Positions 37,862 through 50,127 of a DNA stretch of 64,000 nt are shown here, piece by piece. The notes beneath the pieces are model-generated. The model made no database searches and was not told the DNA's origin. It was given only the letters and a program-made list of their open reading frames with translations. A program made the translations under genes and the position numbers. Location of the stretch: the NCBI GenBank assembly GCA_024234615.1, contig JACKNY010000002.1, forward strand, positions 243,528 through 307,527, read 5' to 3'. Every line of letters starts with the position of its first letter. The stretch's first letter is position 1. The stretch is from Pseudomonadales bacterium. Lineage in GTDB: Bacteria > Pseudomonadota > Gammaproteobacteria > Pseudomonadales > IMCC2047.

Positions 37862-39319
37862 CTAGCGAGCGACCGCAATCGCATCAGGCGCGCTGTCGGC
37901 CTCCTGCCAACCGCTCCCGAGCACTTTGTAGAGGGTCACAAGATTGGTCGACCGTGAAAGTTGGGTAGCGATCAGGTTTTTCTGGGCACTGTAGAGCGCG
38001 CGTTGCGCGTCGAGCACGTTGAGATAGCTGTCGATGCCGCCGCGGTAGCGTACCTCGGACAGTTGGTAGGTCACTGCGGTGGCATCCGTCAGCGAACGCT
38101 GCGCAGCGAGTTGATTGTCAATGTTGCTACGCAAAGCAAGCGCATCGGCCACCTCGCGGAAAGCGGTCTGGATTCTCTTCTCATACTGCGCCACCAGCAT
38201 GTCGCGCTCGACCTCGGCGACGCGCAGATGGGCGCGGTTGCTGCCAGCGTTGAAGATCGGCAGCGTCACCTGCGGCAGGAAGCTCCAGGTGCCGGAACCG
38301 GAGGCGAACAAGCCCGACAGACTGTCGCTGGCAGTGCCCGCGCTGGCGGTGAGCGTGATGCTCGGGAAAAACGCGGCTCGCGCCGCACCGATGTTGGCAT
38401 TGGCGGCGAGCAGTGCGTGCTCTGCCTGTTGCACATCGGGACGCTGCAACAACACCTCGCCGGGTAGTCCAACCGACAGCTCCGACATTACGTCGCGCAA
38501 TTGATCCGGCGCCGCCGGCAGCAGGTCGGCCGGGACCGGCGTACCGAGCAGCAACGCCAGTGCATTGCGGTCCTGTGCGACCAGGGCGGTGAAAGCCGCG
38601 ACGTCGACGCGCGCCGCATCGACGCTGGTCTGGGCCTGGCGGGCGTCCAGTTCGGAGGCCACGCCCACCTCGAAGCTGCGGCGTGTGAGCGCGTAGGATT
38701 CGCTCTGGCTTGCTAGGGTCTCCTGCGCGAGCCGCAGGCGTTCCGCGTCCGCGCTCCAGGTCAGGTAGGCGCTGGCGACTTCGGCAACCAGGCTGATACG
38801 CGTACTGCGCGTCGCCTGTTCGCTGGCGAGATACTGTTCCAGCGCCTGGTCCTTGAGACTGCGCAGCCGCCCGAACAGGTCGAGTTCCCAGGCGGAGAAA
38901 CCCAGATCGACGGCGTACTCGTGACTCGAACGCGTGCTGTCATTGCCCGACAGCGTGAACAACGCGCGCTGGGCACTGTACCCGGCACTGGCATCGACAG
39001 ACGGCAACAGGTCGGCACGCTGGATACGATACTGCGCCTGTACCTTTTCGACGTTCAGTGCTGCCACGCGCAGGTCGCGGTTATTTTCCAGCGCCAGTTC
39101 GATGAGTCGCTGCAGGGCAGCATCGTTGAAGTAAGCGCGCCATTCGAGATCGGCCGCAGCGCGTGCGTCCTGCTGCGCTTGCGGCGTGTCCGCCGCTTTG
39201 CTGGGCCAGCTGTCGGGCACCGGCGCCGGCGGGCGCTGGTAGTCCGGTGCCAGCGTGGCGCAACCGCCGAGCAACAGTGCGGCCAGTACCGTGGTGGTAG
39301 CTTTGCTAACTGTGTACAT
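37862..39319 (-). CDS. RND efflux outer-membrane lipoprotein (OprM/NodT family)
   Basis: LLLGG-C lipobox, LAPDY.RP, NRDLRVA.LN, RPDV..AE..L.AANANIGAARAAFFP. Confidence 0.93.
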   Translation of the reverse strand: MYTVSKATTTVLAALLLGGCATLAPDYQRPPAPVPDSWPSKAADTPQAQQDARAAADLEWRAYFNDAALQRLIELALENNRDLRVAALNVEKVQAQYRIQRADLLPSVDASAGYSAQRALFTLSGNDSTRSSHEYAVDLGFSAWELDLFGRLRSLKDQALEQYLASEQATRSTRISLVAEVASAYLTWSADAERLRLAQETLASQSESYALTRRSFEVGVASELDARQAQTSVDAARVDVAAFTALVAQDRNALALLLGTPVPADLLPAAPDQLRDVMSELSVGLPGEVLLQRPDVQQAEHALLAANANIGAARAAFFPSITLTASAGTASDSLSGLFASGSGTWSFLPQVTLPIFNAGSNRAHLRVAEVERDMLVAQYEKRIQTAFREVADALALRSNIDNQLAAQRSLTDATAVTYQLSEVRYRGGIDSYLNVLDAQRALYSAQKNLIATQLSRSTNLVTLYKVLGSGWQEADSAPDAIAVAR

Positions 39320-39322
39320 GAT

Positions 39323-42300
39323 TCACGCCTCTCCCGTGGCGGGCGCATCGGGCAGCGCCACGGTATCGGCTTGAGTGCGGATGAAACGCTGCCGGATCAT
39401 CACGAAGAACAGGGGCACGAAGAAAATACCCAGCAGCGTCGCCGCCAGCATGCCGCCCAGTACGCCGGTGCCGATCGCATTCTGGCTGCCCGAGCCGGCG
39501 CCGTTGCTGATCGCCAGCGGCAGCACGCCGAAACCGAACGCCAGCGAGGTCATAATGATCGGTCGCAGGCGCCGGCGCGCTGCTGCCATGGCTGCGTCGA
39601 CCAGTGCCATACCCTCTTCCTGCAGTGCCTTGGCGAATTCCACGATCAAAATGGCGTTCTTGGACGCCAGCCCGATGGTGGTCAACAGGCCGACCTGGAA
39701 GTAGATGTCGTTGGGCAGACCTCGCAGTGTGGTGGCCAAGACCGCGCCGAGCACGCCCAGCGGCACCACCAGCATCACCGAGAACGGTACCGACCAGCTT
39801 TCGTACAATGCCGCCAGCGCCAGGAATACCACCAGGATGGATAGCGCGTACAGCGCCGGGGCCTGACCGCCGGCCAGGCGTTCTTCAAAGGACAACCCTG
39901 TCCAGCTGAAACCAACCCCTGTGGGCAGTTTGGCGATCAGGCTCTCCATCGTTGCCATGGCTTCGCCGGAACTCACACCCGGCGCCGCCGCACCGTTGAT
40001 CTGCAATGCAGGCAGACCGTTGTAGCGCTCCAGGCGCGGTGAACCGTAGCTCCATTCGGCGTCGGCGAAGGCCGGGAACGGTACCATTTCACCGGCGCTG
40101 TTGCGCACCCACCAGTCATCGAGGTGTTCGGGCAGCATGCGGAACGGTGCGTCGGCCTGCAGATAGACCTTCTTCACCCGGCCCTCGTGTACGAAGTCAT
40201 CCACGTAGGCACTGCCCCAGGCGCTGGACAGACCGGCGTTGATGTCGGCAATCGACAGGCCAAGGGCGCCCGCCCTGGTATGATCCACGTTAACCTGCAA
40301 CTGCGGTGTATCGTTGAGGCCGTTGGGACGCACGCCGACCAGGCGCGCATCCTGCGCAGCCATACCCAGCAACTGGTTGCGCGCCTGCATCAGCGCGTCA
40401 TGGCCGACATTAGCCTGGTCCTGCAGGTACAGATCGAAACCGTTGGCGGTGCCCAGTTCCATCACCGCCGGCGGCGGGAAGGCGAACACCTGCGCATCGC
40501 GGATCTTGCTGAACGCCTGCATGGCGCGGCCGACCACGGCATTGAGACTCAGGTCGGGAGTCTGCCGCTCGCTCCAGTCTTTCAGGCGCACGAAGGCGAT
40601 CGCCATATTCTGGCCGCTGCCGGCAAAACTGAAGCCGGCCACCGCGACCATCTGCTCCACCGCGGGATCACTCAGAAAATGCGCTTCCACCTGCTCGATC
40701 ACTTCCAGTGCGCGCTCCTGGGTGGCGCCCGCCGGCAGCACGATCTGGTTGAACAGGATGCCCTGGTCCTCGTCCGGCAGGAAGGCCGTGGGTATGCGTA
40801 GGAACAACGCCGCCATGACAGCCACCAGCAGGCCATAAACAAACAGCGAACGGCGCCTGCGCATCAACATACCGCCGACCAGTGCCAGGTAGCCGCCACG
40901 GGCGCGCTCGAAACCGCGGTTAAAGGCGCCGAAGAAACCGCCGCGCGCGGCGTGTTTCTCGTCATCGATGGGCTTGAGCATGGTGGCGCAGAGCGCCGGT
41001 GTGAACACCAGCGCCACCAGCACCGACAACAGCATGGCCGAAACGATAGAGATGGAGAACTGGCGGTAGATCACGCCCGTGGAGCCGCCGAAAAACGCCA
41101 TCGGCACGAACACCGCCGACAGCACCAGCGCGATGCCGATCAGCGCGCCGGTGATCTGCCCCATGGACTTGCGCGTCGCCTCGCGCGGCGACAATCCGTC
41201 CTCACGCATCACGCGCTCGACGTTTTCCACCACCACGATGGCGTCGTCCACCAGCAGGCCGATGGCCAGCACCATGGCGAACATGGTCAGGGTGTTGATG
41301 GAAAAACCGAACGCCGCCAGCACGCCGAAGGTACCGAGCAGCACCACCGGCACCGCCAGCGTAGGGATTAGGGTGGCGCGCAGATTCTGCAGAAACAGGT
41401 ACATGACCAGGAACACCAGCACGATCGCCTCGCCCAGGGTAAAGACGACTTCACTGATAGAGATACGCACGAACGGCGTGGTGTCGTAGGGGTAGATCAC
41501 CTCCATGTCCGCCGGAAAGTACTGCGCCAGCTCGTCGAGCCTGGCGCGCACGGCGTTGGCCGTATCCAGCGCATTGGCGCCGGTGGCCAGGCGCACCGCC
41601 ATGGCGGCGGCCGGTTTGCCGTTGTGGCGCGCCAGCTTGCCGTAGGTTTCGTTGCCCAGCGTCACCCGCGCCACATCGCGCAGGTACACGCGCGCGCCGT
41701 CGGCACCGGTCCGCAACAGGATGTCTTCGAACTGCTCAGGCGTGTTCAGACGGCTCTGCACCGTGATGGTGGCATTGAGCTGCTGCCCGGGTACGGCCGG
41801 TGTCGCACCCAGCTGGCCCGCCGAGACCTGCGCGTTCTGCGCCTGGATCGCGGCTGTCACGTCATCCGGCGTCAGGCCGTACTGGTGCAGTTTGTCGGGA
41901 TTGAGCCAGATGCGCATCGCATACTGCGAACTGAATGCGGTCACTTCGCCGACACCGGGTACACGGCTGATGGGGTCCTGCACGCGGCTGGCCAGGTAGT
42001 CACCCAGGGCGCCGTCGTCGAAACTGCCGTTGGGGGACACCAGGCCGACCACCATCAAAAAGTTGCGTACCGACTTGGCCACGCGCATGCCCTGTGCCTG
42101 CACTTCGGCCGGCAACTGGGGTGTGGCCAGCTGCAGCTTGTTCTGCACCTGCACCTGCGCGGTGTCCGGGTCGGTGCCGTTCTCGAAGGTCAGTGTCACG
42201 GTACCCGCGCCGGTCGATTCACTGGTGGACGAGATATAACGCAGACCGTCGAGGCCGGACATCTGTTGCTCGATAACCTGGACCACCGTGTCCTGCACCG

Positions 42301-42466
42301 CCTGTGCCGAGGCGCCCGGGTAGCTCGCACTGATACTGATCTGCGGTGAAGCGATGGCGGGATACTGCGCGATGGGCAGTGCAAGGATGGACAGGGTACC
42401 CGCCAGCATGATGACGATGGCGATCACCCAGGCGAAGATGGGACGGTCGATAAAGAATCGGGCCAT
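39323..42466 (-). CDS. RND efflux inner-membrane transporter (AcrB/MexB family)
   Basis: [54 protein letters not shown]. Confidence 0.96.
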   Translation of the reverse strand: MARFFIDRPIFAWVIAIVIMLAGTLSILALPIAQYPAIASPQISISASYPGASAQAVQDTVVQVIEQQMSGLDGLRYISSTSESTGAGTVTLTFENGTDPDTAQVQVQNKLQLATPQLPAEVQAQGMRVAKSVRNFLMVVGLVSPNGSFDDGALGDYLASRVQDPISRVPGVGEVTAFSSQYAMRIWLNPDKLHQYGLTPDDVTAAIQAQNAQVSAGQLGATPAVPGQQLNATITVQSRLNTPEQFEDILLRTGADGARVYLRDVARVTLGNETYGKLARHNGKPAAAMAVRLATGANALDTANAVRARLDELAQYFPADMEVIYPYDTTPFVRISISEVVFTLGEAIVLVFLVMYLFLQNLRATLIPTLAVPVVLLGTFGVLAAFGFSINTLTMFAMVLAIGLLVDDAIVVVENVERVMREDGLSPREATRKSMGQITGALIGIALVLSAVFVPMAFFGGSTGVIYRQFSISIVSAMLLSVLVALVFTPALCATMLKPIDDEKHAARGGFFGAFNRGFERARGGYLALVGGMLMRRRRSLFVYGLLVAVMAALFLRIPTAFLPDEDQGILFNQIVLPAGATQERALEVIEQVEAHFLSDPAVEQMVAVAGFSFAGSGQNMAIAFVRLKDWSERQTPDLSLNAVVGRAMQAFSKIRDAQVFAFPPPAVMELGTANGFDLYLQDQANVGHDALMQARNQLLGMAAQDARLVGVRPNGLNDTPQLQVNVDHTRAGALGLSIADINAGLSSAWGSAYVDDFVHEGRVKKVYLQADAPFRMLPEHLDDWWVRNSAGEMVPFPAFADAEWSYGSPRLERYNGLPALQINGAAAPGVSSGEAMATMESLIAKLPTGVGFSWTGLSFEERLAGGQAPALYALSILVVFLALAALYESWSVPFSVMLVVPLGVLGAVLATTLRGLPNDIYFQVGLLTTIGLASKNAILIVEFAKALQEEGMALVDAAMAAARRRLRPIIMTSLAFGFGVLPLAISNGAGSGSQNAIGTGVLGGMLAATLLGIFFVPLFFVMIRQRFIRTQADTVALPDAPATGEA

Positions 42467-42485
42467 GGTCAGTGTCCTCGCAGGT

Positions 42486-43709
42486 TCAGTTGACGGCGCC
42501 GGCGCCGGGTTCGTCGTTGCTGCTGGCCGTGACCAGCACGGCCGTGGCCCTGTCGCCCGGGCGTACCTTTTGCAAACCGTCCACGATCACGCGTTCACCC
42601 GCGTTCAGACCATCGCGCACCAGCCACTGGCTGCCGGCGGCGCGCGCGACATCGACAGGCCGGACCTCGACCTGGTCGTTGTCATTCAGGATCATCACGC
42701 TGGCCTTGCCCGTGTGGTCGCGGCTGACCGCCTGCTGCGGCACCAGCACGGCGTGTTCCGTGACACCCTCCTGCACCCGCGCACGCACGAACATACCGGG
42801 CAGCAGTTGCTGTTCCGGGTTGGGGAACAGGGCGCGCAGGGTGACGGAGCCGGTGCTTTCGTCCACGGTCACCTCGGAGAATTCCAGCGTGCCCTTGTGT
42901 ACATAGGTACTGCCGTCTTCGAGTATCAGTTCCACCTGCGCCGACAGTTCATCCGGTCGCTGAACCTCGCCCTTGCCGAGGGCCCGCTTCAGGCGCAGCA
43001 GTTCGGCGCTGGACTGGGTGACGTCCACGTAGATGGGATCGAGCTGCCGAACCGCCGCCAGCGCGGTTGCCTGGTTCGCTATCACCAGCGCGCCCTGCGT
43101 GACCGTGGAACGCCCGATACGCCCGTCGATCGGCGCGGTGACGCGCGTGTAGCCGAGATTGATGCGTGCGGTTTCCAGGGCCGCCTTGTCCATCGCCACC
43201 GTGGCCTGCGCCTGTTTCAGCGCCGCGACGGCATCGTCATTGGCTTCCTGGCTCACCGCCTTGACCTTCACCAGTTCCGCGTAACGCTTTGCCTTGAGAC
43301 GGGCCGTGGTCAGCGCCGCCTCGTCGCGCGCCAGCGTCGCCGCGGCGCTGTCGTAGGCGGCCTGGTAAGTCGCCGGGTCGATCTGATAGAGCACCTGCCC
43401 CGCCTCGACATCGCCGCCCTCCCGGAACGGGCGCTCGAGAATGATGCCGGTGACCTGCGGACGCACCTCGGCAATGAGGTAAGGCGCGGTGCGGCCCGCC
43501 AGTTCCGAACTGACGGCCAGGGACTGCGGCGCGACCTCGTGGACACCCACCGTCGGTGCCGGTGCCGCCGCCTGCTGGCCAGTGCCAGCCGGTTCGGAGG
43601 AATTCGATACGCCCCAGGCAGACAGCAGCGACGCCAGCAGCAGGACACTCAGCATGCCGGCAATGCCCGGGTTTCGGAATATCTGAAAAAGTGTGGTGGT
43701 CTGTTTCAT
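42486..43709 (-). CDS. RND periplasmic adaptor (AcrA/MexA family)
   Basis: LAGRT....AEVRPQV.GII, LYQIDPA.Y, YT.V.API.GRIG, FPNP...LLPGMFV. Confidence 0.93.
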   Translation of the reverse strand: MKQTTTLFQIFRNPGIAGMLSVLLLASLLSAWGVSNSSEPAGTGQQAAAPAPTVGVHEVAPQSLAVSSELAGRTAPYLIAEVRPQVTGIILERPFREGGDVEAGQVLYQIDPATYQAAYDSAAATLARDEAALTTARLKAKRYAELVKVKAVSQEANDDAVAALKQAQATVAMDKAALETARINLGYTRVTAPIDGRIGRSTVTQGALVIANQATALAAVRQLDPIYVDVTQSSAELLRLKRALGKGEVQRPDELSAQVELILEDGSTYVHKGTLEFSEVTVDESTGSVTLRALFPNPEQQLLPGMFVRARVQEGVTEHAVLVPQQAVSRDHTGKASVMILNDNDQVEVRPVDVARAAGSQWLVRDGLNAGERVIVDGLQKVRPGDRATAVLVTASSNDEPGAGAVN

Positions 43710-43724
43710 GCAATCCGGCCCATT

Positions 43725-43775
43725 TATCTTTCCAGGAAGATAACTATAGTGACATCTTATCTTTCTTGCAAGATA
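43725..43775. promoter_or_regulatory. Two MarR-type operators in the divergent promoter
   Basis: TATCTT-N6-AAGATA at 43725-43742 and 43758-43775. Confidence 0.7.
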
Positions 43776-43825
43776 TTTATTTTACGCGTACCATGAGTAA
43801 AAGTTACCAGGCGGGAGTTACACCG

Positions 43826-44341
43826 ATGGCAGACAACTACACCTCGGACCAGATCATTGGGTTCATAAAGAAAAACTGGCCGGACATGCACAGTCCCACC
43901 CATGAGTTTGCCGTCTACATGAACCGGGTTCACGACCTGGGTTTCGCCCGCGCGCAGGAGGCACTGGCAGGCTTCAACCTGACAGTCGGCGAATTCGATA
44001 TTCTCGCCACCCTGCGCCGCTCCGCCCCGCCTCACGTCCTGACCCCCACCGAACTGCAGCGCTCCCTGCTCATCACGTCGGGCGGACTGACCAAGCTGCT
44101 GTACCAGCTGGAAGCCGGCGGCCTGGTCAACCGCTCAGTGCAAGAACAGGACAAGCGCAGCAAGCTGGCTCACCTCACGCCGAAAGGGAAAAAAGTCGCG
44201 GAAAAAGCCATGAAGGCGATACAGGGCGTGACCAGTGAATGGCTCGGCGAGGCGCTGTCGCAGCGCGAGCTGGCGCAATTAAAAAATCTGCTGGGCAAGA
44301 CTGCCCAGGCTCTGGAAAAGAGCGATTCCGATGGTGCCTGA
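43826..44341 (+). CDS. MarR-family transcriptional regulator
   Basis: LT.GEFDILATLRR, LTPTEL...L.ITSGGLTK.L..LE..GLV.R....DKRS; RBS GGAG 8 nt upstream. Confidence 0.92.
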   Translation: MADNYTSDQIIGFIKKNWPDMHSPTHEFAVYMNRVHDLGFARAQEALAGFNLTVGEFDILATLRRSAPPHVLTPTELQRSLLITSGGLTKLLYQLEAGGLVNRSVQEQDKRSKLAHLTPKGKKVAEKAMKAIQGVTSEWLGEALSQRELAQLKNLLGKTAQALEKSDSDGA

Positions 44342-44432
44342 TTACCCGTTGCCTCTCAGGGTCGGCTCACCCATCGATCGCTTATCAAGAGCAGACACCT
44401 TCCGGCGCCTTTCTCCCGATTCAGTCGCAGCC

Positions 44433-46010
44433 CTACTCCCACTCGATCGTTGCCGGCGGCTTCGAAGAAATATCGTAGGCGACGCGGGAAATACCCTTCA
44501 CTTCATTAATAATCCTGCCGGAGACACGTTCTAACAATTCATAAGGCAAATGTGCCCAACGCGCTGTCATAAAGTCGATGGTTTCCACCGCTCGAATGGC
44601 AACAACGTATTCATATTGGCGCGCATCGCCCACCACGCCTACCGATTTCACCGGCATAAAAACGGTAAAAGCTTGGCTGGTTTTATGGTAATAGTCCGCT
44701 GCATACAGTTCTTCAATAAAGATTGCATCCGCTTCGCGTAAAATATCAGCGTATTCTTTTTTAACCTCGCCGAGAATACGCACGCCAAGACCGGGACCGG
44801 GGAACGGGTGACGGTAAACCATGTCGTAGGGCAGACCCAATTCCAGACCGACTTTACGTACTTCATCTTTAAACAATTCTCGTAGCGGTTCTACCAATTC
44901 CAGCTTCATGTCATCCGGCAAACCGCCAACATTATGGTGCGATTTGATCACATGCGCCTTGCCGGTTTTCGCGGCGGCGGATTCAATCACATCCGGGTAG
45001 ATAGTCCCCTGCGCCAACCAACGTACATCCTTGAGCGTTTCGGCTTCACGGTCAAATATCTCGATAAATGCGTTGCCGATGATTTTACGTTTTTTCTCTG
45101 GATCATCAACGCCTTTCAAGCGCGCCAAAAACTCATCTTCGGCATCGACGCGGATAACCCGTACGCCCATATTTTTAGCGAACATGTCCATAACCTGATC
45201 ACCTTCATGCTTGCGCAACAAACCGTTATCGACAAACACACAGGTCAGTTGTTCGCCAATTGCACGTTTCAACAGTGCCGCAACAACGGAGGAATCAACA
45301 CCACCCGACAAGCCTAACAGCACTTTATCCTTGCCTACCTGATCACGCACTTTGGTAATGGCATCCTCAATAATATGCGCGGGCGTCCACAGTCCTTCGC
45401 AACCGGCAATATTTTTAATGAAATGTTCCAGAATTCGCAGACCTTGCAGGGTGTGTGTAACTTCCGGATGGAATTGAACACCATAAAAATGTCTTGTCTC
45501 ATCATACATCCCCGCTATCGGCGCGGACTCCGTCGACGCTAACAGAGTAAAGCCCTGCGGCATCTGCGTTACTTTATCGCCATGACTCATCCAGACATCA
45601 AGTAGTGCTTTTCCGGACTCATCCAAGTGATCGGCAATACCCTCCAGTAATTGGCTTTGTCCCTCAACCGCAACCCGCGCATAACCGAACTCACGTTCAT
45701 CAGAAGCCTGCACTTCCCCGCCCAGTTGTGTCGCCATCGTTTGCATGCCGTAACAAATACCTAATACCGGCACCCCCATTTCAAAAACCATTTGCGGGGC
45801 CCGTGGCGTGAGCTCCTCGGTAACCGATTCGGGACCACCAGCCAAAATAATAGCTCGTGGGTTAAATGTCTTGATCGCATCGGCAGCCATGTCAAAAGCG
45901 TGGATTTCACTATAGACGCCAATTTCGCGTACACGCCGTGCAATCAACTGAGTATATTGAGAACCGAAGTCCAAAATAAGAATACGTTCGGCATGTATGT
46001 CTTGATGCAT
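44433..46010 (-). CDS. guaA: GMP synthase (glutamine-hydrolysing)
   Basis: [50 protein letters not shown]. Confidence 0.99.
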   Translation of the reverse strand: MHQDIHAERILILDFGSQYTQLIARRVREIGVYSEIHAFDMAADAIKTFNPRAIILAGGPESVTEELTPRAPQMVFEMGVPVLGICYGMQTMATQLGGEVQASDEREFGYARVAVEGQSQLLEGIADHLDESGKALLDVWMSHGDKVTQMPQGFTLLASTESAPIAGMYDETRHFYGVQFHPEVTHTLQGLRILEHFIKNIAGCEGLWTPAHIIEDAITKVRDQVGKDKVLLGLSGGVDSSVVAALLKRAIGEQLTCVFVDNGLLRKHEGDQVMDMFAKNMGVRVIRVDAEDEFLARLKGVDDPEKKRKIIGNAFIEIFDREAETLKDVRWLAQGTIYPDVIESAAAKTGKAHVIKSHHNVGGLPDDMKLELVEPLRELFKDEVRKVGLELGLPYDMVYRHPFPGPGLGVRILGEVKKEYADILREADAIFIEELYAADYYHKTSQAFTVFMPVKSVGVVGDARQYEYVVAIRAVETIDFMTARWAHLPYELLERVSGRIINEVKGISRVAYDISSKPPATIEWE

Positions 46011-46187
46011 TATTTAGAGTTCCACTTCATGGTTCTGGAGGATAAAAAACGGGGCTTAATGCCCCTAGCTTGTTTTGTTACTTTTTACTTTTACTGTGTC
46101 CGGTTGAAGCCGAGCCCACAAACTACCTATGTATCTTTAACATTGCCTGATCACAAATCAGACTAATGCGGTTTCAAATAATAAGTG

Positions 46188-47657
46188 TTAGCTCACCCGA
46201 TAATTCGGTGCTTCCTTGGTGATGGCAACATCATGGACATGGCTTTCATTCATACCAGCATTGGTTACCCTGACAAACGTTGGCTTGGTGCGCAGCTCTT
46301 CAATGTCAGCGCAGCCTGTGTAACCCATGCTGGCGCGCAAACCACCTATCATTTGCAGGACAATAGAAGATAAGGGGCCTTTACAAGGCACTCGTCCCTC
46401 AATACCTTCCGGCACAAGCTTTTCTACACCAGCATCTTTATCTTGAAAATAGCGATCACTGGAGCCATTTGACTGTCCCATCGCACCAAGCGACCCCATA
46501 CCACGATAGGCTTTGAAAGTTCGTCCCTGATATAGCTCCACCTCGCCGGGCGCCTCATCGGAACCAGCCAACAAACTACCGACCATAATCGCATGTGCAC
46601 CGGCTACCAATGCCTTGGCCAAGTCGCCGGAAAAACGTACGCCGCCATCAGCAATCAGCGGAATATCATACTCTTTAAGTGCCTTCGCCACATTCGCCAC
46701 TGCTGTAATCTGGGGCACACCAATGCCCGTGACTATACGGGTAGTACAAATCGAGCCAGGGCCAATACCCACTTTGACCGCATCCACACCCACATCCGCC
46801 AAGGCTTTCGCTGCCTCACCAGTGGCAATATTACCGCCAATCACCTGAATATGCGGATAATGCTGCTTCACCCATTTTACGCGACTAATCACACCCTCTG
46901 AATGGCCGTGTGCAGTATCAACAACTATGACGTCAACACCCGCTTCCACTAATGCCGCTACCCGATCCGGGGTTTCCACACCAGTTCCAACAGCCGCGCC
47001 CACTCTTAATTGACCTTGCCCATCTTTACAGGCGTTCGGGAATGCTTCCGACTTGAAGATATCTTTGACGGTCATCAGGCCTCGTAGCTGAAACTCGTCG
47101 TTTACGACCAGTACTTTTTCGATACGATATTTGTGCAGTAAGGATTTTACCGCTGCGGCAGTCGCGCCTTCTTTTACCGTAATCAGTCGCTCTTTCGGTG
47201 TCATGATTTCTGACACTTTGCGGCTTAAGTTGTCCTCAAAGCGAAAATCCCGTGAAGTGACTATTCCCACCAAACCGCTCGCGTCCACCACCGGTACGCC
47301 GGAAATATTGTAATGACGCGTAATGTCGATTAATTCCCGCACCGTTTTATCGGGCGTAACGGTAATGGGATCTTTCACAACCCCACTCTCATATTTTTTG
47401 ACCGCTCTGACTTCGCGGGCCTGTTGTTCGACGGAATAATTTTTATGAATAATACCGATACCCCCTTCCTGCGCCATAGCAATCGCAAGTCGCGATTCGG
47501 TGACGGTATCCATTGCCGCCGAAACCAGAGGGATATTCAGGTTTATAGTACGCGTAAGCCGCGTTTTTAAAGAGACGTCCTTAGGCAGCACTTGGGAATA
47601 GGCTGGCAGCAGGAGTACGTCGTCAAAGGTGAGGGCATCTTCAGCAATACGCAACAT
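46188..47657 (-). CDS. guaB: IMP dehydrogenase
   Basis: [13 protein letters not shown] pair, [30 protein letters not shown]. Confidence 0.99.
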   Translation of the reverse strand: MLRIAEDALTFDDVLLLPAYSQVLPKDVSLKTRLTRTINLNIPLVSAAMDTVTESRLAIAMAQEGGIGIIHKNYSVEQQAREVRAVKKYESGVVKDPITVTPDKTVRELIDITRHYNISGVPVVDASGLVGIVTSRDFRFEDNLSRKVSEIMTPKERLITVKEGATAAAVKSLLHKYRIEKVLVVNDEFQLRGLMTVKDIFKSEAFPNACKDGQGQLRVGAAVGTGVETPDRVAALVEAGVDVIVVDTAHGHSEGVISRVKWVKQHYPHIQVIGGNIATGEAAKALADVGVDAVKVGIGPGSICTTRIVTGIGVPQITAVANVAKALKEYDIPLIADGGVRFSGDLAKALVAGAHAIMVGSLLAGSDEAPGEVELYQGRTFKAYRGMGSLGAMGQSNGSSDRYFQDKDAGVEKLVPEGIEGRVPCKGPLSSIVLQMIGGLRASMGYTGCADIEELRTKPTFVRVTNAGMNESHVHDVAITKEAPNYRVS

Positions 47658-47808
47658 AGGCACAACTACTCCAAAAGTGTAAAAATAACCGGCTATTATA
47701 GTGAACTTGGCGATCCATATAAACCAAATTTATTATAAGATTATTTATCCTCAATCACTTTGACACGGCAATGAAAAGCTCGGTTCAACCCTGATATACT
47801 GCACCACT

Positions 47809-49161
47809 ATGCGCGATACTCAGATTACAGCTAAAAAAATATATTCAGTCGGCGAATTAAACCGCCATGCTCGCAATCTTATCGAAAGCGAATTCAGCCA
47901 GCTCTGGGTCGAGGGCGAAGTTTCCAATTTTGTCCGCGCAGCTTCCGGTCATTGGTATTTTAGTCTCAAGGACGAGCAGGCTCAGGTTCGCTGCGCTATG
48001 TTCAGTAGCCGTAACCGGACCCTCGGATTTCTGCCCAAAGATGGCGCTCATGTCATACTGCGGGGCAAAGCCAGCATTTATGAGGGCCGTGGTGAATTTC
48101 AGCTCATTGCTGAAAATTTGATGCCTGCAGGGGAAGGCTTGCTTCAACAACGGTTTGAGGCGCTGAAGCAAAAACTTGCTGTCGAAGGCTTATTCTCTAA
48201 CGATTACAAGCAACCCATACCTATGCTACCACGCCATATTGGCGTAATCACCTCTCCGACAGGAGCAGCAATTCACGATATTTTGACCGTCTTACAACGG
48301 CGGTTTCCAGCACTACCTGTCACCCTCATTCCTACAGCAGTGCAAGGTGCCGAGGCAGCTAAACAGATTATTAACGCGATAGCGCTGGCTAATAATGCAC
48401 TGGAAATAGCGCCCTTCGATGTACTGATTGTTGGACGCGGTGGCGGCTCGCTGGAAGATTTGTGGTGTTTCAATGAAGAAGAGGTCGCCCGTGCCATCTT
48501 CGCTAGTAAAATTCCGATCATCTCAGCAGTCGGACATGAAACAGATTTCACCATTGCTGATTTCGTTGCCGATTTACGCGCTCCCACCCCTTCCGCCGCC
48601 GCGGAAATCGTTGCGCCAGACCAGGACGAATGGCAGCGTAATCTGATTGCTTACCGGCAATATTTGGGCGACGCGATAAAACGTCAATTATCACAACGAA
48701 ACATCGCCCTTAACGCCATACAAAAAAGACTACGCCATCCGGGCCGGCGACTACAGGATTATGCACAGCGTTTGGATTATATCGAAACTCGTCTTTCACA
48801 TGCGGCTAGCAGCGGGCTAAAACTACGCCGAGCTAGGCTTGCACACATTTTTGCGGAATTAAGGCAGCACTTACCATCGCACCAAATCAAGCGCCTGGCT
48901 TTACAAAACAAGCAAATGGAGCAAAGGTTATGCGCATCGATCAAACAAATACTTTTTAATCAGCAGCGCCAATTACAATCCAAAGCGCAGCAGCTCAACG
49001 CTTTTAACCCTTTGGAAACCCTGCATCGGGGTTACGCCATTATCATGGATCAAAACGAGCAAATCGTTCGGAATGCTGTTCAGGTCGAAGTGGGTGACCG
49101 GGTGACGGCCAGATTGGCATCAGGTCGTCTGCATTGTCTGGTTGATGGAGTTGAGGAATGA
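47809..49161 (+). CDS. xseA: Exodeoxyribonuclease VII large subunit
   Basis: WVEGEVSNF, SGHWYFSLKD, GRGGGSLEDLW.FN, SAVGHETD, APTPSAAAE; divergent from guaB. Confidence 0.98.
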   Translation: MRDTQITAKKIYSVGELNRHARNLIESEFSQLWVEGEVSNFVRAASGHWYFSLKDEQAQVRCAMFSSRNRTLGFLPKDGAHVILRGKASIYEGRGEFQLIAENLMPAGEGLLQQRFEALKQKLAVEGLFSNDYKQPIPMLPRHIGVITSPTGAAIHDILTVLQRRFPALPVTLIPTAVQGAEAAKQIINAIALANNALEIAPFDVLIVGRGGGSLEDLWCFNEEEVARAIFASKIPIISAVGHETDFTIADFVADLRAPTPSAAAEIVAPDQDEWQRNLIAYRQYLGDAIKRQLSQRNIALNAIQKRLRHPGRRLQDYAQRLDYIETRLSHAASSGLKLRRARLAHIFAELRQHLPSHQIKRLALQNKQMEQRLCASIKQILFNQQRQLQSKAQQLNAFNPLETLHRGYAIIMDQNEQIVRNAVQVEVGDRVTARLASGRLHCLVDGVEE

Positions 49162-50021
49162 CGAAACATTTGTCGCTACAGATGCTTTTTACCAGCTGGT
49201 TATTCTTGCTAGCAAGCAGTGGCGTCGAAGCCAAAACTGACTTCCCTCAACACAGTCCGGTTCCGGGTGGTGTCGCACTGGTCAGCATACCCCGCTCGCT
49301 AACGTCTGACGCCAGCGTACCGAAAGTCTACTTTGAAAAAAATCGAGTAATGGTTTTACCTACAAATGAGCCGGAGGCGCAATGGATAGCCGTGATAGGG
49401 ATTCCTCTTTCCGCCAAACCGGGGCCGCAGCAGTTGCAGTTCATGGATGCAGACGCAAAGGAAAACACCCTCGTCTTTGAGGTCAAGCCAAAAACCTATG
49501 AAGAACAACGTATTCAGCTGAACAACAAGCGACAGGTCAACCCGTTAAAACAGGACCTTGAGCGTATTCAGCGCGAGCAGTCGGAAATGGTCAGCGCCTT
49601 TAAAAGCTGGCACTCCACCTCGCTAGAATTTTCTCGTTTTGAACTTCCCACCAAAGGTGAAATCAGCAGCCCTTTTGGACTCCGTCGCTTTTTTAATGAT
49701 CAGCCCAGAAACCCGCATAGTGGCTTGGATATTGCCGCCCCAGAAGGGACACCCATTTACGCCCCTGCCAGCGGACAAGTCATGACAACCGGCAATTACT
49801 TTTTCAACGGGAATACGGTGTTGATAAACCATAACAATGGCTTAGTTACCATGTATTGCCACATGCACGACATTAACGTTGCCCCCGGCGACTCACTTGA
49901 AAAAGGGGCGCTACTTGGCTTCGTCGGTAAGACGGGCCGTGCCACAGGGGCTCATCTTCACTGGTCCGTCAGTCTGAATAATACGCGTGTTGACCCGGTC
50001 CTGCTGCTAGACCACAAATAA
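49158..50021 (+). CDS. M23-family peptidoglycan DD-metalloendopeptidase
   Basis: HSGLD, YCH, TG.HLH motifs; signal peptide. Confidence 0.92.
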   Translation: MTKHLSLQMLFTSWLFLLASSGVEAKTDFPQHSPVPGGVALVSIPRSLTSDASVPKVYFEKNRVMVLPTNEPEAQWIAVIGIPLSAKPGPQQLQFMDADAKENTLVFEVKPKTYEEQRIQLNNKRQVNPLKQDLERIQREQSEMVSAFKSWHSTSLEFSRFELPTKGEISSPFGLRRFFNDQPRNPHSGLDIAAPEGTPIYAPASGQVMTTGNYFFNGNTVLINHNNGLVTMYCHMHDINVAPGDSLEKGALLGFVGKTGRATGAHLHWSVSLNNTRVDPVLLLDHK

Positions 50022-50127
50022 TAATCATTCATCCTTTTCTCTACATTAGCCATTTCTCTAAAAACGTCTATTCTTAAAGAATTCGGACGTTTTCATTCAC
50101 CAAAAATCAATCAATGAAGTCACTCTC

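Larger units (their letters stand above)
27197..44447. mobile_element. Composite genomic island (tandem elements) integrated at the guaA 3' end; no intact integrase
   Basis: guaA terminal codons (GAGTGGGAGT) recur at 27197 and 31481; arm-type repeats; cargo of TA/defence genes, intron and high-GC efflux genes. Confidence 0.85.

Noticed and set aside
37961-43796. Long plus-strand ORFs (up to 480 aa) overlapping the efflux genes
   Set aside because: Antisense shadows expected in high-GC coding DNA; no recognisable motifs.
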